A stretch of DNA of 64,000 bases from Myxococcota bacterium (GCA_965223415.1 OZ245002.1:832001-896000), one strand, 5' to 3'. Counted from the first letter of the stretch, positions 49,805 to 60,410 are shown. The notes: a model not told the origin generated them from the sequence alone. Made by a program: numbers and translations.

Positions 49805-51187
49805 TCAGAGGTCCGGCGGCATCCACCCCAGCGCGACCACGCTCACCGCCATGCACGCCAAGGCGAACAGGAACGTGTATCCCACGATGTCGCCGAAACG
49901 CAGCCGCGTCACCGCCAGCAACGGGAGCGCCCACATCGGCTGGATCAGGTTCGTCGTCGAGTCGCCGTAGGCATAGGCGAGGAGCACGCTCACCGTCGAG
50001 ACGCCCACCTCCTCGCCGACCGGGATCAGGTAGGGCGCCTCGATCAGCCACTTCGAGCCCGCGGAGGGGACGAAGAGGTTCATGACGCCCGAGTAGAGGT
50101 AGACGAGGAGCGGGTAGGTGCCCTGGGTCGCGATCCGGCCGAAGAGCTCGCCGAGCCACGGGCCGAGGTGCGTGCCCTGCATCACCCCGAAGATTCCCGC
50201 GTAGAGCGGGAACTGGACGATCAGGCCCCAGGCCGTGTCGAGGCCACGCCGGCAAGCCGCGAGAAACGGAAGCGGGCGACCGTGCAGCAGGAGGCCCAGG
50301 GTCATGAACACGACGTTGTAGGCGTTGATCGTCCAGCTCGCGCCGAAGCCCCGGGTGGCGATCGAGTGGACGAGGGGATAGGCGAAGAGGGCCGCGGCCA
50401 GGTAGCTCCAGCCGCGGAACCGGTCCATGCGCGCCGCGGGGGTCGTCGGCGGCGGCTCGGGCTCCGGCGGCGTGGGCAGGATCGCCTCCAGCTGCTCGGG
50501 GGTAAGCGTGCGCGCCCCTTCCTTCGGGTGCAGGACCCAGCAGGCGAGCAGGCACACGGCCGAGAGCACGGCCAGGTAGGCGAAGTTGAAGGGGAGGAAG
50601 AGGCTCTCGGTCACGGGAACGAGGCGGTCGACGATGGGCGGGCCGGTCTCCGGCGCGAGCAGCGGGTTGCCGGGCGTGGCGAGGATGAGCGGTGCCGAGC
50701 CCGAGAGGCCACCGTGCCAGACGGTGCCGAGCCCCAGGTAGGCGGCGGCGATCAGCAGACGGATGTCGGCCTTCGGGTTGTTGCGGGCGACGAAGGGCAC
50801 GAGCAGCGCGCAGGCCACCGTGCACACGGCGCCGTTCACGTAGCCCACGGCCATCGAGAAGGCGCCGGCCAGCAGGATGGCCTGGCGGGGCTCCTCCGGG
50901 TTCGGCAGCGAGGCCAGGCGGTCGATCAGCCGGAACACCGGCCGCGATGTGACGACGGCGTAGGCCGCGATGAACGAGATGGTGAACTGCATGGCCAGGG
51001 TGAGGAGGGACCACACGCCGTCGCCCCAGGCGAGGACGGTCGCTTCCACGCCGGCGCCGGCCGGGCCGACGGCGAGGACGAGCACGATCGTCGTCAGTGC
51101 CATGCAGATGACGAAGGCGTCGGGAATCCAGCGCTCGGTCCACCGGGAGAGCGCGGCGCCTGCGCCGCGCAGCGCGTCCCCCACCAT
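49805..51187 (-). CDS. atoE: Short-chain fatty acid transporter
   Basis: ERWIPDAF, WHGGLSGSAPL, QFPLYAGI, NLFVPS.GSKW, NLIQPMWALPLL. Confidence 0.88.
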   Translation of the reverse strand: MVGDALRGAGAALSRWTERWIPDAFVICMALTTIVLVLAVGPAGAGVEATVLAWGDGVWSLLTLAMQFTISFIAAYAVVTSRPVFRLIDRLASLPNPEEPRQAILLAGAFSMAVGYVNGAVCTVACALLVPFVARNNPKADIRLLIAAAYLGLGTVWHGGLSGSAPLILATPGNPLLAPETGPPIVDRLVPVTESLFLPFNFAYLAVLSAVCLLACWVLHPKEGARTLTPEQLEAILPTPPEPEPPPTTPAARMDRFRGWSYLAAALFAYPLVHSIATRGFGASWTINAYNVVFMTLGLLLHGRPLPFLAACRRGLDTAWGLIVQFPLYAGIFGVMQGTHLGPWLGELFGRIATQGTYPLLVYLYSGVMNLFVPSAGSKWLIEAPYLIPVGEEVGVSTVSVLLAYAYGDSTTNLIQPMWALPLLAVTRLRFGDIVGYTFLFALACMAVSVVALGWMPPDL

Positions 51188-51188
51188 G

Positions 51189-51791
51189 CTAAGCCGGCCC
51201 CAGGGCTGCCCAGGCCACGGCGTCGCCCACCCGGTCGTTCCCCCAGAAGAGCTCGCTCTCGACCCGCAGGGTGGGGGCGCCGAAGATGCCGAGCGCGGCG
51301 GCCTCCTCGGTCTGGGCGCGGAGGCGCTGCTTGTTCTCCGGGGCGTCGGCAGCCTGGAGAAGCGGGCCCGGCGTCTGGCCTAGGCCCTCCAGCACGCCGC
51401 TGATCACGGCGGGATCGGCGATGTCCCGATCGTCGGCAAAGCTGGCGTGGAAGACGTCGCGCACGAAGGAAGGCCCGAAGCCGCGATCGATCGCCACCAG
51501 CGCGACACGGGCCGCGAGCAGGCCGTTCCTCGGGAACCCGGAGGGCTTGCGGAAGGGCAGGCCGTAGCCCTGGCAGAGCCGCTCCATGTCCCGCCACATG
51601 TAGCGGCCCTTGGCCGGGTAGAGGTTGAAGGGCGAGTCGTCCCAGCCCTGGGCGGCGAAGAGGGGGCCGAGCAGGAAGGGTTTCCAGACGATCTCCGCCC
51701 CGGCGGCCTCGGCGATCGTCTCGATCCGCATGACCGTCAGGTACGAGTAGGTGCTCGCGAACTCGAACCAGAGCTCGATCGGTCGACTCAC
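51189..51791 (-). CDS. 2-hydroxychromene-2-carboxylate isomerase / DsbA-like (kappa GST) protein
   Basis: WFEFASTYSYL, WKPFLLG, GIFGAPT, LFWGNDR. Confidence 0.88.
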   Translation of the reverse strand: MSRPIELWFEFASTYSYLTVMRIETIAEAAGAEIVWKPFLLGPLFAAQGWDDSPFNLYPAKGRYMWRDMERLCQGYGLPFRKPSGFPRNGLLAARVALVAIDRGFGPSFVRDVFHASFADDRDIADPAVISGVLEGLGQTPGPLLQAADAPENKQRLRAQTEEAAALGIFGAPTLRVESELFWGNDRVGDAVAWAALGPA

Positions 51792-52357
51792 TACCACGCC
51801 TCCGTTCCGGGCTCGCCCTTGAACGGACCCTTGATCGCACCCGTGACCCAGCCGCCGTAGAAGGGGCCGGGCTGGGGCCGCACCCGCTCGCGGCCGAGGA
51901 AGCAGGCATCGACGCGACCGGGGTAGAAGGCCAGGTGATCGCGCAACGCGTGGAAGCCGGCCTCGGGCTCCGGGTAGGACCAGGCGGCGTCGCGAGCGAA
52001 GCGGCTGCCGACCCGCAGGTGGTGGTAGCGGGCCAGGCCCTTCCACTCGCAGAAGCTCTCGAGCGGGCTCGGCTCGAGGCAGCTCGTGTCGACGTCGCCG
52101 GGGGGGACGTAGTAGGCCGGCGGGCTGGCCGTCTCGACGACGCGGAGCGCCCGTGTCGACGCGGCCAGGACGCGACCGCCGAGCTCCACCCGCACCGGCA
52201 GGAGGGCCGCCTCCACCCGCGGCGGACGCGGGTAGTCCCAGACCGACTCCTCGCCCGGGCCGGCGGGCTCGCAATGGGCGGGCCGCTCCCGCCGCGCACC
52301 GCGAAAGCGCGCTCGAGCCGCGTCGAGGTCGGGGGGGCGTCCGTAGCCGTCATCCAT
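51791..52357 (-). CDS. DUF427 protein
   Basis: ESVWDYPRPP, ETASPPAYY, SFCEWKG.A.Y, AAWSYP, FYGGW. Confidence 0.88.
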   Translation of the reverse strand: MDDGYGRPPDLDAARARFRGARRERPAHCEPAGPGEESVWDYPRPPRVEAALLPVRVELGGRVLAASTRALRVVETASPPAYYVPPGDVDTSCLEPSPLESFCEWKGLARYHHLRVGSRFARDAAWSYPEPEAGFHALRDHLAFYPGRVDACFLGRERVRPQPGPFYGGWVTGAIKGPFKGEPGTEAW

Positions 52358-52489
52358 CGGCGGGCCACGGTAGCGTCGCTCCGGCGCCGGGGCGCGTGCC
52401 TCACGGCGCCGACAGGGTGGCGGGCCTGCGCGCCGGCGCGGCGCCGCAGCGCGTCGCCCGAGCGGGTCAGGCGCTGGAGGAGCTCGATC

Positions 52490-52770
52490 CGTCGCCGCCT
52501 CCGAGGTGCAGCAGCTCGTCCAGTACGCCGACATCTTCCAGGGCAGGTACATCTGGAAGGAGCAGGGTGCGCTCCTCAAGCTGCCGCACACCGGCATCTT
52601 CGACGGCGACGTGATCCTCGACTTCGCCCGTGAGGTCGGGCCCGGCTTCGTCGCGACACGCCCCTGGTCCTCCGGCTTCGGCGGCGAAGCCGGGTTCCTG
52701 GTGATCGGCCAGTACAACGAGATGTCGTCCTCCTGCATGCCGTGCACCGTCAAGCTCCACGCCCCCCCGT
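52490..52770 (+). pseudogene. Possible gene remnant
   Basis: About 90 codons with strong GC3 bias on +; no clear start context and no nearby stop; runs into a REP doublet. Confidence 0.35.
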
Positions 52771-52806
52771 CTTCCAGGGCCCGCCCACCCTCGTCCTCCC
52801 CTGACA

Positions 52807-52874
52807 ACGCAAGAGTGGGGACGTTCCTTGCAACTTGCGCAATTGCGCAAGTTGCAAGGAACGTCCCCACTCTT
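52807..52874. repeat. REP doublet (64-bp perfect palindrome 52811-52874)
   Basis: ACGCAAGAGTGGGGACGTTCCTTGCAACTTGCGCAATTGCGCAAGTTGCAAGGAACGTCCCCACTCTT. Confidence 0.9.
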
Positions 52875-53552
52875 TCACTCTTTGGGATCGAAGAGGTAGA
52901 TGGCGGTGCGGAGGCCGGGCTGAAGGTAGAGCCAGGCGAGGGCGTGGAGCCCGAGGGACTTCTCGTGGTTGGGGTGGGCGGCCCGCAGCGCGAGACCGTT
53001 CGCGTTGGCGAGGGCTTCCAGGCGGGGCCGGGCGCTCGTCATGTGATGGACGATCAGGAGGCCTCCGGGGGCGAGCCAGCTCGGCGCGTGCTCGAAGAGC
53101 TTCGGGAGGAAGCCCGCCGCGCTGGCCCAGCGCGGGTGCCCGCCTCCGACGTCGGCCTCGGCGAAGGGCGGGCCGCAGAGCACGACGTCGAAGGGACCCT
53201 CCGGTGCGGCGCGAAAGACGTCGGCCTCCCGCGCCTCGACGTGGGTGAGGCCGAGCCGCTGCGCGTTCTCCCGCGTGCACGCGACGGCTTCGGGATCGAC
53301 GTCGAGGGCGAGGACCGACGCGCTGCGCCGCGCGGCGGCCAGGCCGAGCACACCGCAGCCGCAGCCCACGTCGAGCGCCCGGCCGCCTGGCGGCACCCAC
53401 GCGGCGACGCGCGCCTCGTTCTGGATCGGCTTGTACACGCCGGGTGCCACCCGCAGGCGCATCCCGTCCAGACGGATCCACGGCAGCAGCCGGTTGCACA
53501 GGCCGGCCCAGCGATAGTAGAGGGCGTAGACCCACGCGGGAAACGGCGGCAC
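52875..53552 (-). CDS. Class I SAM-dependent methyltransferase (HemK/MTS-like)
   Basis: ALDVGCGCG, ALDVDP, FDVVLCGPPF. Confidence 0.85.
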   Translation of the reverse strand: MPPFPAWVYALYYRWAGLCNRLLPWIRLDGMRLRVAPGVYKPIQNEARVAAWVPPGGRALDVGCGCGVLGLAAARRSASVLALDVDPEAVACTRENAQRLGLTHVEAREADVFRAAPEGPFDVVLCGPPFAEADVGGGHPRWASAAGFLPKLFEHAPSWLAPGGLLIVHHMTSARPRLEALANANGLALRAAHPNHEKSLGLHALAWLYLQPGLRTAIYLFDPKE

Positions 53553-53599
53553 GGGGCGAGAGTAGGGCTAGCATGGCGCCCGATCGAACGGAGGGATCC

Positions 53600-55021
53600 A
53601 TGCGCCGTCACCTCGCCACCGCCCTGCTCCTCCTCTGGGGCGCTGTCTGCCCGGCCCAGGTCGTCGCCCAAGCCGTCGAGGTGGACGCCGATCTCGTCGC
53701 CCGCCACCTGGCCGAGGCGATCCGCTTCCCCACCGTGAGCCACCAGGACCCGGAGCGCTTCGACGGCCAGCCCTTCGCCGAGCTGCTCGACTTCCTGGCC
53801 GCCACCTACCCGCGCGTCCACGAGCAGCTCCAGGTGGAGCGGATCGCGAGCTACAGCCTGCTCGTCACCTGGCCGGGCAGCGATCCCTCCCTCGCGCCCG
53901 CGCTCTTCATGTCCCACACCGACGTGGTGCCCGTCGAAGCGGAAGCCCTCGAAGGCTGGACCCACCCGCCCTTCGGCGGCGTCATTGACGACGAGTTCGT
54001 CTGGGGCCGCGGCGCCCTCGACGTGAAGAGCGGCGTGATCGGCTGGCTCGAGGCGGCCGAGGCGCTCCTCGCCGAGGGCTTCGCCCCGGCGCGCACCCTC
54101 TACTTCGCCTTCGGCCACGACGAGGAGATCGGCGGCGACCAGGGCGCCGCAGCCCTCGCCGCCACCCTTCGGGAGCGCGGCGTGCGCCTCTCCTTCCTGG
54201 TCGACGAGGGCGGCTTCCTCACCGAGGATCTGGGCCTCGTGCCGGGCCGCATCGTCGCCCAGATCAACACCGCCGAGAAGACCTACTTCACGATCCACCT
54301 GACCGCGCGCAGCGAGGGCGGCCATTCATCGACGCCCCCGGAGCACACCGCCGTCGGCAAGCTCGCCACGGCCATCCACCGCCTGGAGGCGAACCCCTTC
54401 CCCCTCCGCTTCACCCAGCCGGTGCGCGATTCCTTCGATGCGCTGCGGCCCCACCTCCCCTTCCCGCGCCGCCTGATGCTCGGCAACCTCTGGCTCTTCG
54501 GCCCCCTGGTGAAGCGCCAGCTCGCGGAGGAGCCCTTCCAGGCCGCGATGCTGCGCACCACGACGGCGGCCACCATGATCTCCGGCGGCGTGAAGGAGAA
54601 CGTGGTGCCGAAGCGCGCCACCGCAGCCGTGAACTTCCGCATCCTGCCCGGCGAGACCCCGGACGACGTGCTCGCCCGGGTGCGCGACGTGATCGACGAT
54701 CCCGAGATCGAGATCCACTCCGACGCCTGGTCCGAGGCTCCGCGGCCCGGGTCCGTCGGCGGCCCGGGCTACCGGGTGCTCAGCGAGGCGGTCCACGAGA
54801 TCTACCCGGAGGCTGTGATCGTGCCCGGCATGCTGCTCGGGGCCACCGACACGCGGCACTACGCCGACATCGTCGACGACGCCTACCGTTTCCTGGGCGC
54901 CATCGTCACCCGGGCCCAGATCACCGGCGTGCACGGAACCGACGAGCGCATCGGCGTGGAGAGCATGGCCAACGCCGTGCGGCTGCAGGCGGAGGTGTTG
55001 CGCCGCGCCGGCGCGCCCTGA
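53600..55021 (+). CDS. M20 family peptidase/amidohydrolase, secreted
   Basis: SHTDVVP, GRGALDVK, GHDEEIGG, VDEGG, GGHSS, HGTDE; signal peptide. Confidence 0.92.
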   Translation: MRRHLATALLLLWGAVCPAQVVAQAVEVDADLVARHLAEAIRFPTVSHQDPERFDGQPFAELLDFLAATYPRVHEQLQVERIASYSLLVTWPGSDPSLAPALFMSHTDVVPVEAEALEGWTHPPFGGVIDDEFVWGRGALDVKSGVIGWLEAAEALLAEGFAPARTLYFAFGHDEEIGGDQGAAALAATLRERGVRLSFLVDEGGFLTEDLGLVPGRIVAQINTAEKTYFTIHLTARSEGGHSSTPPEHTAVGKLATAIHRLEANPFPLRFTQPVRDSFDALRPHLPFPRRLMLGNLWLFGPLVKRQLAEEPFQAAMLRTTTAATMISGGVKENVVPKRATAAVNFRILPGETPDDVLARVRDVIDDPEIEIHSDAWSEAPRPGSVGGPGYRVLSEAVHEIYPEAVIVPGMLLGATDTRHYADIVDDAYRFLGAIVTRAQITGVHGTDERIGVESMANAVRLQAEVLRRAGAP

Positions 55022-55049
55022 CGGGTTGGCGGCGCTGCCCCGACCGCGC

Positions 55050-55418
55050 TCACCCGCCGACCTCGCGATCGCGCAGCGCGCACCAGGCCTTCACGACGGC
55101 GCGGATCTCCGCCCGGGCCGCCTTCACCTCCGCCGCATCGGCAAAGCGCATCATGCGCACGGTCTTGCCGTCCCCCTCGATGCGTGGGCTCGCGTTCGCC
55201 AGCTCGGCGCCGCGGTGCAGCATCAATCCCACGTGGGCCTTCGTGCGCGGGTTGATGCTGGCGAAGTTGCCCTGGTAGGTGAAGGTCGGGCTCTTCCACT
55301 TGACGCACTCGCCCATCCGCCGGTCGGCGGCCAGGATCTCGCGGCGCAGCGCGCGGATCGCCGGGAGGAGGGAATGGTCGGACGCGGCGAGCCAGGCGTC
55401 GACCTGCTTGCGCGTCAC
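55050..55418 (-). CDS. DUF1801 protein
   Basis: LRREIL, ECVKWKSPTF, LHRGA. Confidence 0.8.
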   Translation of the reverse strand: MTRKQVDAWLAASDHSLLPAIRALRREILAADRRMGECVKWKSPTFTYQGNFASINPRTKAHVGLMLHRGAELANASPRIEGDGKTVRMMRFADAAEVKAARAEIRAVVKAWCALRDREVGG

Positions 55419-55741
55419 CCCCTCGTCCTCTTTCGCTCGGCTGCCCGCTGCAGCCGGACGAGCCCGAGGGACCAGTAGGTGTCGAGCTGCGCGAACACGT
55501 CGCGCAGCGAGGCGCGGTCCGAGGCGTAGAGCCGCTTCGTTCCCTCCTCGCGCACCGTCAGCAAGCGAGCGTCGAGCAGCACCTTCAGGTGCTGGGAGAC
55601 GGCGGGCCGGCTCAGGTCGAAGGCCCGCGCCACCTCCGAGGCAGCCACCTCCCGCTCCGCCACGAGATGCAGGATCTCCCGCCGGGTCGGATCCGAGAGC
55701 GCCCGCATCTGCTCGTCCAGCCGTTCGGCTCTAGACGGCAC
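55415..55741 (-). CDS. ArsR/SmtB-family regulator
   Basis: ALSDPTRREIL, SRPAVSQHLKVL, EGTKRLY. Confidence 0.9.
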   Translation of the reverse strand: MPSRAERLDEQMRALSDPTRREILHLVAEREVAASEVARAFDLSRPAVSQHLKVLLDARLLTVREEGTKRLYASDRASLRDVFAQLDTYWSLGLVRLQRAAERKRTRG

Positions 55742-56135
55742 GGACGAGCTCGGGCAGGAAGTGGTGCCAGCCGTCCCCGACCGGGTCGCCGACCGCGAAG
55801 CCCGTGTGCCGCAGCGCGATCCGGGTGCCCGCCCCCTCCGCCGAGAGCCGCACCTCCACCCGACTGCTCCCGGCCGGCGTCGCTCCGTCGCCCGCCTCGA
55901 AGCCCCAGGTGAAGGCGACGAGGTGGGGCGGCTCCACCTCCTGGAACACCCCGGCCAGGACGGCGCCGTTCGCGTGGCGGACCCACCACTCCCCTCCGGG
56001 CTTCGGATCCAGGCGCACCTCGACGCCGTGCCACTCGAGCATCCGGGCCGGCTCGGTGAAGTAGCGGAACACCTCGCCGACGGGAGCGGCGACCCAGTGG
56101 ACGAGCTCGAAGGCGGGGATGTCCGGAGTGTCCAT
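55731..56135 (-). CDS. SRPBCC/AHSA1 domain protein
   Basis: VFRYFTEP...EW, FTWG, LRHTG, GW. Confidence 0.88.
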   Translation of the reverse strand: MDTPDIPAFELVHWVAAPVGEVFRYFTEPARMLEWHGVEVRLDPKPGGEWWVRHANGAVLAGVFQEVEPPHLVAFTWGFEAGDGATPAGSSRVEVRLSAEGAGTRIALRHTGFAVGDPVGDGWHHFLPELVRAV

Positions 56136-56144
56136 CCGATCTAA

Positions 56145-56162
56145 CGTAAGTGATTTCTTACG
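56145..56162. promoter_or_regulatory. Putative ArsR operator
   Basis: CGTAAG-TGATTT-CTTACG inverted repeat overlapping a TACGTT -10 box just upstream of the SRPBCC-ArsR operon. Confidence 0.6.
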
Positions 56163-57204
56163 GATGGACCAGCGCCGATCGATAGGGCGCCGGATCGAAC
56201 CCCAGCGGCCCGTAGCGCGCGGTCACCGCCTCGACGGTCTCCCGCGTCCAGTAGGCGTGCCCCGGCGCCGGGAAGCCGAGCACGCAGCGCTGATCGACGC
56301 TCGCCCCCGCGAGCAGCCGCTCCAGCGGCTGGCCAGGCCGGTACATCGCCCAGGCCCAGCCGGCGTGGAGCACGCTCACCCACTCGCTCCCCGCCTTGCG
56401 CAGGGTCATGTTGTGCACGAGGCGGAGGGTGCCGGGGCGCAGCGGCGTGCCGCGGTGCCAGGTGTCGTGGCGGTAGAAGAGGATGCTGCCGACGCGGTAG
56501 CGGGCCTCGACCTCGCGAGGGTAGAGGTGGCGGCGGCGCCATTCGGCGACGTCCGGCGCCTCCCGCCCGAGGGCGGCTTCGGCCCGGGCGCGGTCGTTGA
56601 TCCAGGGCAGGGCTCCCACGCCGGGCGTCCCCACCACGGGCCACGGATAGGCGGGGTCGCCGGGGCCGGTGCGCGGCACCACCCGGGTCGCGCCGCCGCA
56701 CTCGTCCACGTCGCTCAAGTAGAGGATCAGCTCGACGGCCTCGGGCTCGTCCCACGGCGGAGGGTGGGTGAGGGTGTGGTTCGGGTAGTCGACGTGGATG
56801 CGCTGGTCGGCGTTGTCGAAGTCGTCCCGGCCGGAGGACGCGCGGCCGTACTTCGGCCACAGGTCGGCCTGGGTGAGGCGAAGCTCGCGCACGGGCGCAC
56901 CGAGGAGCTGGGCGGCCGCGCTCAGCAAGCGGGGATGGAGCGTGAGCTCGTTCAGCGCCTCGCAGGGGGCCGGGAAGCTCATGCGGCCGAGGCTTCCGAA
57001 GTCCCGGATCCCGTCGGCGCCGGGGCTTCCCGGAGCGGGTACGCGGGCGAGGGCGTCGGCGCGCACCCGCTCCACCAAGGCTTCAGGGAGCACGCCGTCC
57101 ACGAGGGTGAAACCTTGCCGTCGCCAACCCGTGACCTGCTCCGGGGTGAGCACCTCGCCCGCTTCCGGGTCGGGCCGTGCGGCTCCGGGAACGACCCCCC
57201 CCAA
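56158..57204 (-). CDS. PhyH-like Fe(II)/2-oxoglutarate dioxygenase
   Basis: IHVD (HxD), GATRVVP, WHRG...R; start uncertain. Confidence 0.8.
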   Translation of the reverse strand: MGGVVPGAARPDPEAGEVLTPEQVTGWRRQGFTLVDGVLPEALVERVRADALARVPAPGSPGADGIRDFGSLGRMSFPAPCEALNELTLHPRLLSAAAQLLGAPVRELRLTQADLWPKYGRASSGRDDFDNADQRIHVDYPNHTLTHPPPWDEPEAVELILYLSDVDECGGATRVVPRTGPGDPAYPWPVVGTPGVGALPWINDRARAEAALGREAPDVAEWRRRHLYPREVEARYRVGSILFYRHDTWHRGTPLRPGTLRLVHNMTLRKAGSEWVSVLHAGWAWAMYRPGQPLERLLAGASVDQRCVLGFPAPGHAYWTRETVEAVTARYGPLGFDPAPYRSALVHP

Positions 57205-57209
57205 GGGCG

Positions 57210-58004
57210 TCAGGCCAGGTTGCCCGGCACGTAGGGGTGGGAACTCGAGAGGCCGCCGTCCACGGCGAGGGCCTGGCCGTTCACGTAGCTGCTCTCGTCG
57301 CTGGCGAGGAAGACGGCAGCCTGGGCGATCTCGACGGGCTCCGCGTAGCGCTTCAGCGGATTGAGCTGGCCGATCTTATGGCCCTTGCCCGCCGCCCGCG
57401 CTGCGTCGAAGATCGGCTTCGTCATGCCGGTCTCGGTGAGGCCGGGGCAGATCGCGTTCACCCGCACGCCGGTACCCGCCAGCTGGTAGGCCGCGGTCTG
57501 GACCAGGCTGATCACGCCGGCCTTGCTCGCGCTGTAGGGGCTCGGGCCGGCGCCGGAGCGAAGCCCCGCCACCGACGCGGTGCACAGGATGGAGCCGCCC
57601 CCATGCGCGCACATGTGGGCGGCGCCGTGCTTCACGGCGAGGAAGGGGCCGATCAGGTTCACCCGCAGCACCCCCTCCCAGTCGGCGGCGTCCAGCTCGA
57701 GGATCGCCTTGGGCTCCCCGCCCACGCCGGCGTTCGCGTAGATCACCTCCAGACCGCCGAGCTCCCGCACGGCCTCGGCCACCAGTCCGGCGACGCCGAC
57801 CTCGTCGCCGGCGTCCGCCTCCCGGGCCAGCACGCTTCCGCCGACCTTCTCGATCGCCTCTGCGGTCTCGGCGAGACCCGGGCCGGAGAGGTCCGAGACG
57901 AGCACCGCGGCGCCCTCCTCGGCAAAGCGAAGGGCGGTAGCGCGGCCGATGCCGCTCCCCGCCCCGGTGACGATGGCTCGCTTGCCCTCGAGTCGACCTG
58001 CCAT
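57210..58004 (-). CDS. Short-chain dehydrogenase/reductase
   Basis: [29 protein letters not shown]. Confidence 0.92.
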   Translation of the reverse strand: MAGRLEGKRAIVTGAGSGIGRATALRFAEEGAAVLVSDLSGPGLAETAEAIEKVGGSVLAREADAGDEVGVAGLVAEAVRELGGLEVIYANAGVGGEPKAILELDAADWEGVLRVNLIGPFLAVKHGAAHMCAHGGGSILCTASVAGLRSGAGPSPYSASKAGVISLVQTAAYQLAGTGVRVNAICPGLTETGMTKPIFDAARAAGKGHKIGQLNPLKRYAEPVEIAQAAVFLASDESSYVNGQALAVDGGLSSSHPYVPGNLA

Positions 58005-58047
58005 GATTGCGCGCACACCTCCGTTCGAGCCCGAGAAGGGGGCGATG

Positions 58048-59106
58048 TTAGCGCTCGAAGGGCAGCACCTCCGCTCTCGCCGCACCCGACCACAGAGCCC
58101 ATACCTCGGCTTCGAGCTCGCGGCAACGCTCGACCACCGCCCACCAGCGCCCGATGCGCTCCTCGCTGGGAAGCTCCTCGAAGTCTGCGCGGTCGGGAAC
58201 CTTTGCACCGGGTAGGCTGGCGACGAAGGCCTGCGACGGGGCGATCGTCACCACGCGGTCCAGATCGTCCGGATGGGGACGCCGCCAGCGCAGCGGCTTG
58301 TCGAACCAGCCCGGGGTGATGCGGTCGAAGAAGTGGGGGAAGAGGATCAAGCCCGGGGCCGTGCGGAAGCGGAAGTCGAAGTGGTAGTCGAGGATGCCGC
58401 CGTCGAGGTAGAGACCCAGGCGCGCGCCCGCGGGATCGAGAACGCCTTCCATGAGGAGCGGGATGGAGCCGCTGGCGGCGAGCGCCCTGGCCAGGTTGTC
58501 CTCGCACAGGGTCACCCGCTCGGCACCGTCCCCGCGAAAGCGGACGGCTCCCACCTCGGGCGCGAAGACGATGCGCTCGAAGAACGCACCCAGGCTGGCT
58601 CGCGAAGCGGCGTTCGCGAGGGCTGCGGCTCCGAGGCCCGCGCGAAAGGCCGCGCCGGTGCCGCGTCGCCCGGCGCGCCAGCGCGCGGTGACGACGTGGT
58701 TGCGAAGGAAGGGATGGCCGACGATCTCGCCGGCACCTCCGCCCTCGAGCATCGCCTCGACGATGCGGGTGGTCTCGCCGCTCACTTCGGCTTGGCTCGG
58801 CCGCCCTCCGCTGTCATAACGCTGCTCGACGTAGGCCCGCTCGAGGGTCCCGATCGCCGCAATCGGATCCCGGCGCGAGAGGGCGGCGTGGCGGAAGCTC
58901 CCGATGGAGGAGCCGAGCAGATCGAGGGGCTCCTTGCGATCCGCCAGCAGCCAGCCGGCCAGGGCGCGGTCGATGCGGCTCAGCACGAGCCACTTCGGGC
59001 CACCAGAGGCTCCGACCAGCGTGGTGAATGCGCCGGGGCGCCAGCCGTCCCGTTCGAGCTGCGCCCGCGCACGGGCGCCGGCCCGGATCACCAGCGACGA
59101 GGACAC
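58048..59106 (-). CDS. Patatin-like phospholipase family protein
   Basis: [13 protein letters not shown] nucleophile elbow, ASGSIP, DGG. Confidence 0.82.
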   Translation of the reverse strand: MSSSLVIRAGARARAQLERDGWRPGAFTTLVGASGGPKWLVLSRIDRALAGWLLADRKEPLDLLGSSIGSFRHAALSRRDPIAAIGTLERAYVEQRYDSGGRPSQAEVSGETTRIVEAMLEGGGAGEIVGHPFLRNHVVTARWRAGRRGTGAAFRAGLGAAALANAASRASLGAFFERIVFAPEVGAVRFRGDGAERVTLCEDNLARALAASGSIPLLMEGVLDPAGARLGLYLDGGILDYHFDFRFRTAPGLILFPHFFDRITPGWFDKPLRWRRPHPDDLDRVVTIAPSQAFVASLPGAKVPDRADFEELPSEERIGRWWAVVERCRELEAEVWALWSGAARAEVLPFER

Positions 59107-59153
59107 GATCGACACCTCCGGAAGCGGGCCGGCAGTCTGGCATACTCGGCGCC

Positions 59154-60410
59154 GTGACGGAGGAGCCCACGCCCGAGAGACGCCCCGCACCACGGGGCGT
59201 GCGGGGCGCCTGGAGCACGCTTCGCCTTCCCCACTTCGGCACGCTCCTGGGCTCGAACTTCGTGCAGTTCCTGTGCGCGACGATCCTCTCCATGGCGCTC
59301 CAGTGACTGGTCACGGGGCTCACACCGTCCCGCACGGTGCTCGGCCTCGTGGGCTTCGTGCAAGGAGGTGCGGTGGCCCTGCTCTCCCCGGCCGGTGGCG
59401 TGCTCGCCGATCGCTTCCCGAAGCGCGATCTGCTCGTCGTCGGCCGCGCGCTGATCGCGGCGATCGCGTTCGGCGTGGGGGCCCTCGTCGCGAGCGAGAC
59501 CATCGCGATCGCCCACGTGCTGATCGCCTCCTTCCTGGGCGGCGTGCTGGCCGCGGGGCTCCAGCCCGCGACCCAGACCTACGTCTTCGACCTGGTCGGC
59601 CGCGAGCGGGTCGAGAGCGCGGTGGCGCTGAACGCCACCGGCGGCGGCATCGCCCAGGTGGCGGGGCCGGCCCTGGCGGGAAGCCTGATCGCGGCGGTCG
59701 GCCTCGCGTTCACCTTCATGGGCGCTGCGGCCGGCGTGCTGGTGGCGGGGCTCCTGCTCCTCGTGGTGCCCGTGCGCGGCACCAGCGGCGCGGCCCGCCG
59801 TCGTGTGCTCGACGATCTCCGCGAGGGCTTCGTCTGGGTGCGGAACGATCCGCCGGTTCGCCTCGTGCTCATCGGCTGCACGATGGCGATCTTCAACGGC
59901 GCCGTCTTCTCGATGCGCGCCGTCTTCGCCCGCCACGTGCTCGAGGTGGGCAGCCTCGGTTACGGCGGCCTCGCGGCGGCCCAGGGCGCGGGCACCGTGG
60001 TCGTCGCGTTGCTCCTCACCGGCCTGCCCCTGCGCAGGCCGGGCATCGCGATTATCGCCAGCATGCTGGGCTACGCCGCCTGCATCGTCGCCTACGCCCT
60101 CGCCTTCTCCTATGAGTACGTTCTCGCCATCGAATTCCTGCTGGGGGTGACCGGCCAGGTCTGGAACGTCACCACGGTCTCGGGCCTCCAGCTCGCCGTG
60201 CCGGAGGCCATGCGCGGGCGCATCCTCGGCATGGTGTTCATGCTCGCCCAGCTCGGCTTCCTGGGCCAGCTCGCCGTGGGAGTGCTGGCGGACCGGGTGG
60301 GGGACCAGCTCGCCCTGGGCATCTTCGGCGTGATTCCCACCGTCGTGCTGACCGGCGTGCTGGTGATGGGGTGGAGGCTCTTGCGACAGGTCGGCGCGTT
60401 CCGAGCCTAA
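59154..60410 (+). pseudogene. MFS transporter interrupted by a single in-frame TGA (59304-59306)
   Basis: Same frame on both sides: ...ILSMALQ*LVTGLTPSRTVLGLVG...GGVLADRFPKR (MFS motif A). Confidence 0.75.

Noticed and set aside
59304..59351. Selenocysteine recoding of the MFS TGA
   Set aside because: Position looks like Trp in a TM helix rather than a redox Cys, and the hairpin loop (CCCGC) is not convincingly SECIS-like.
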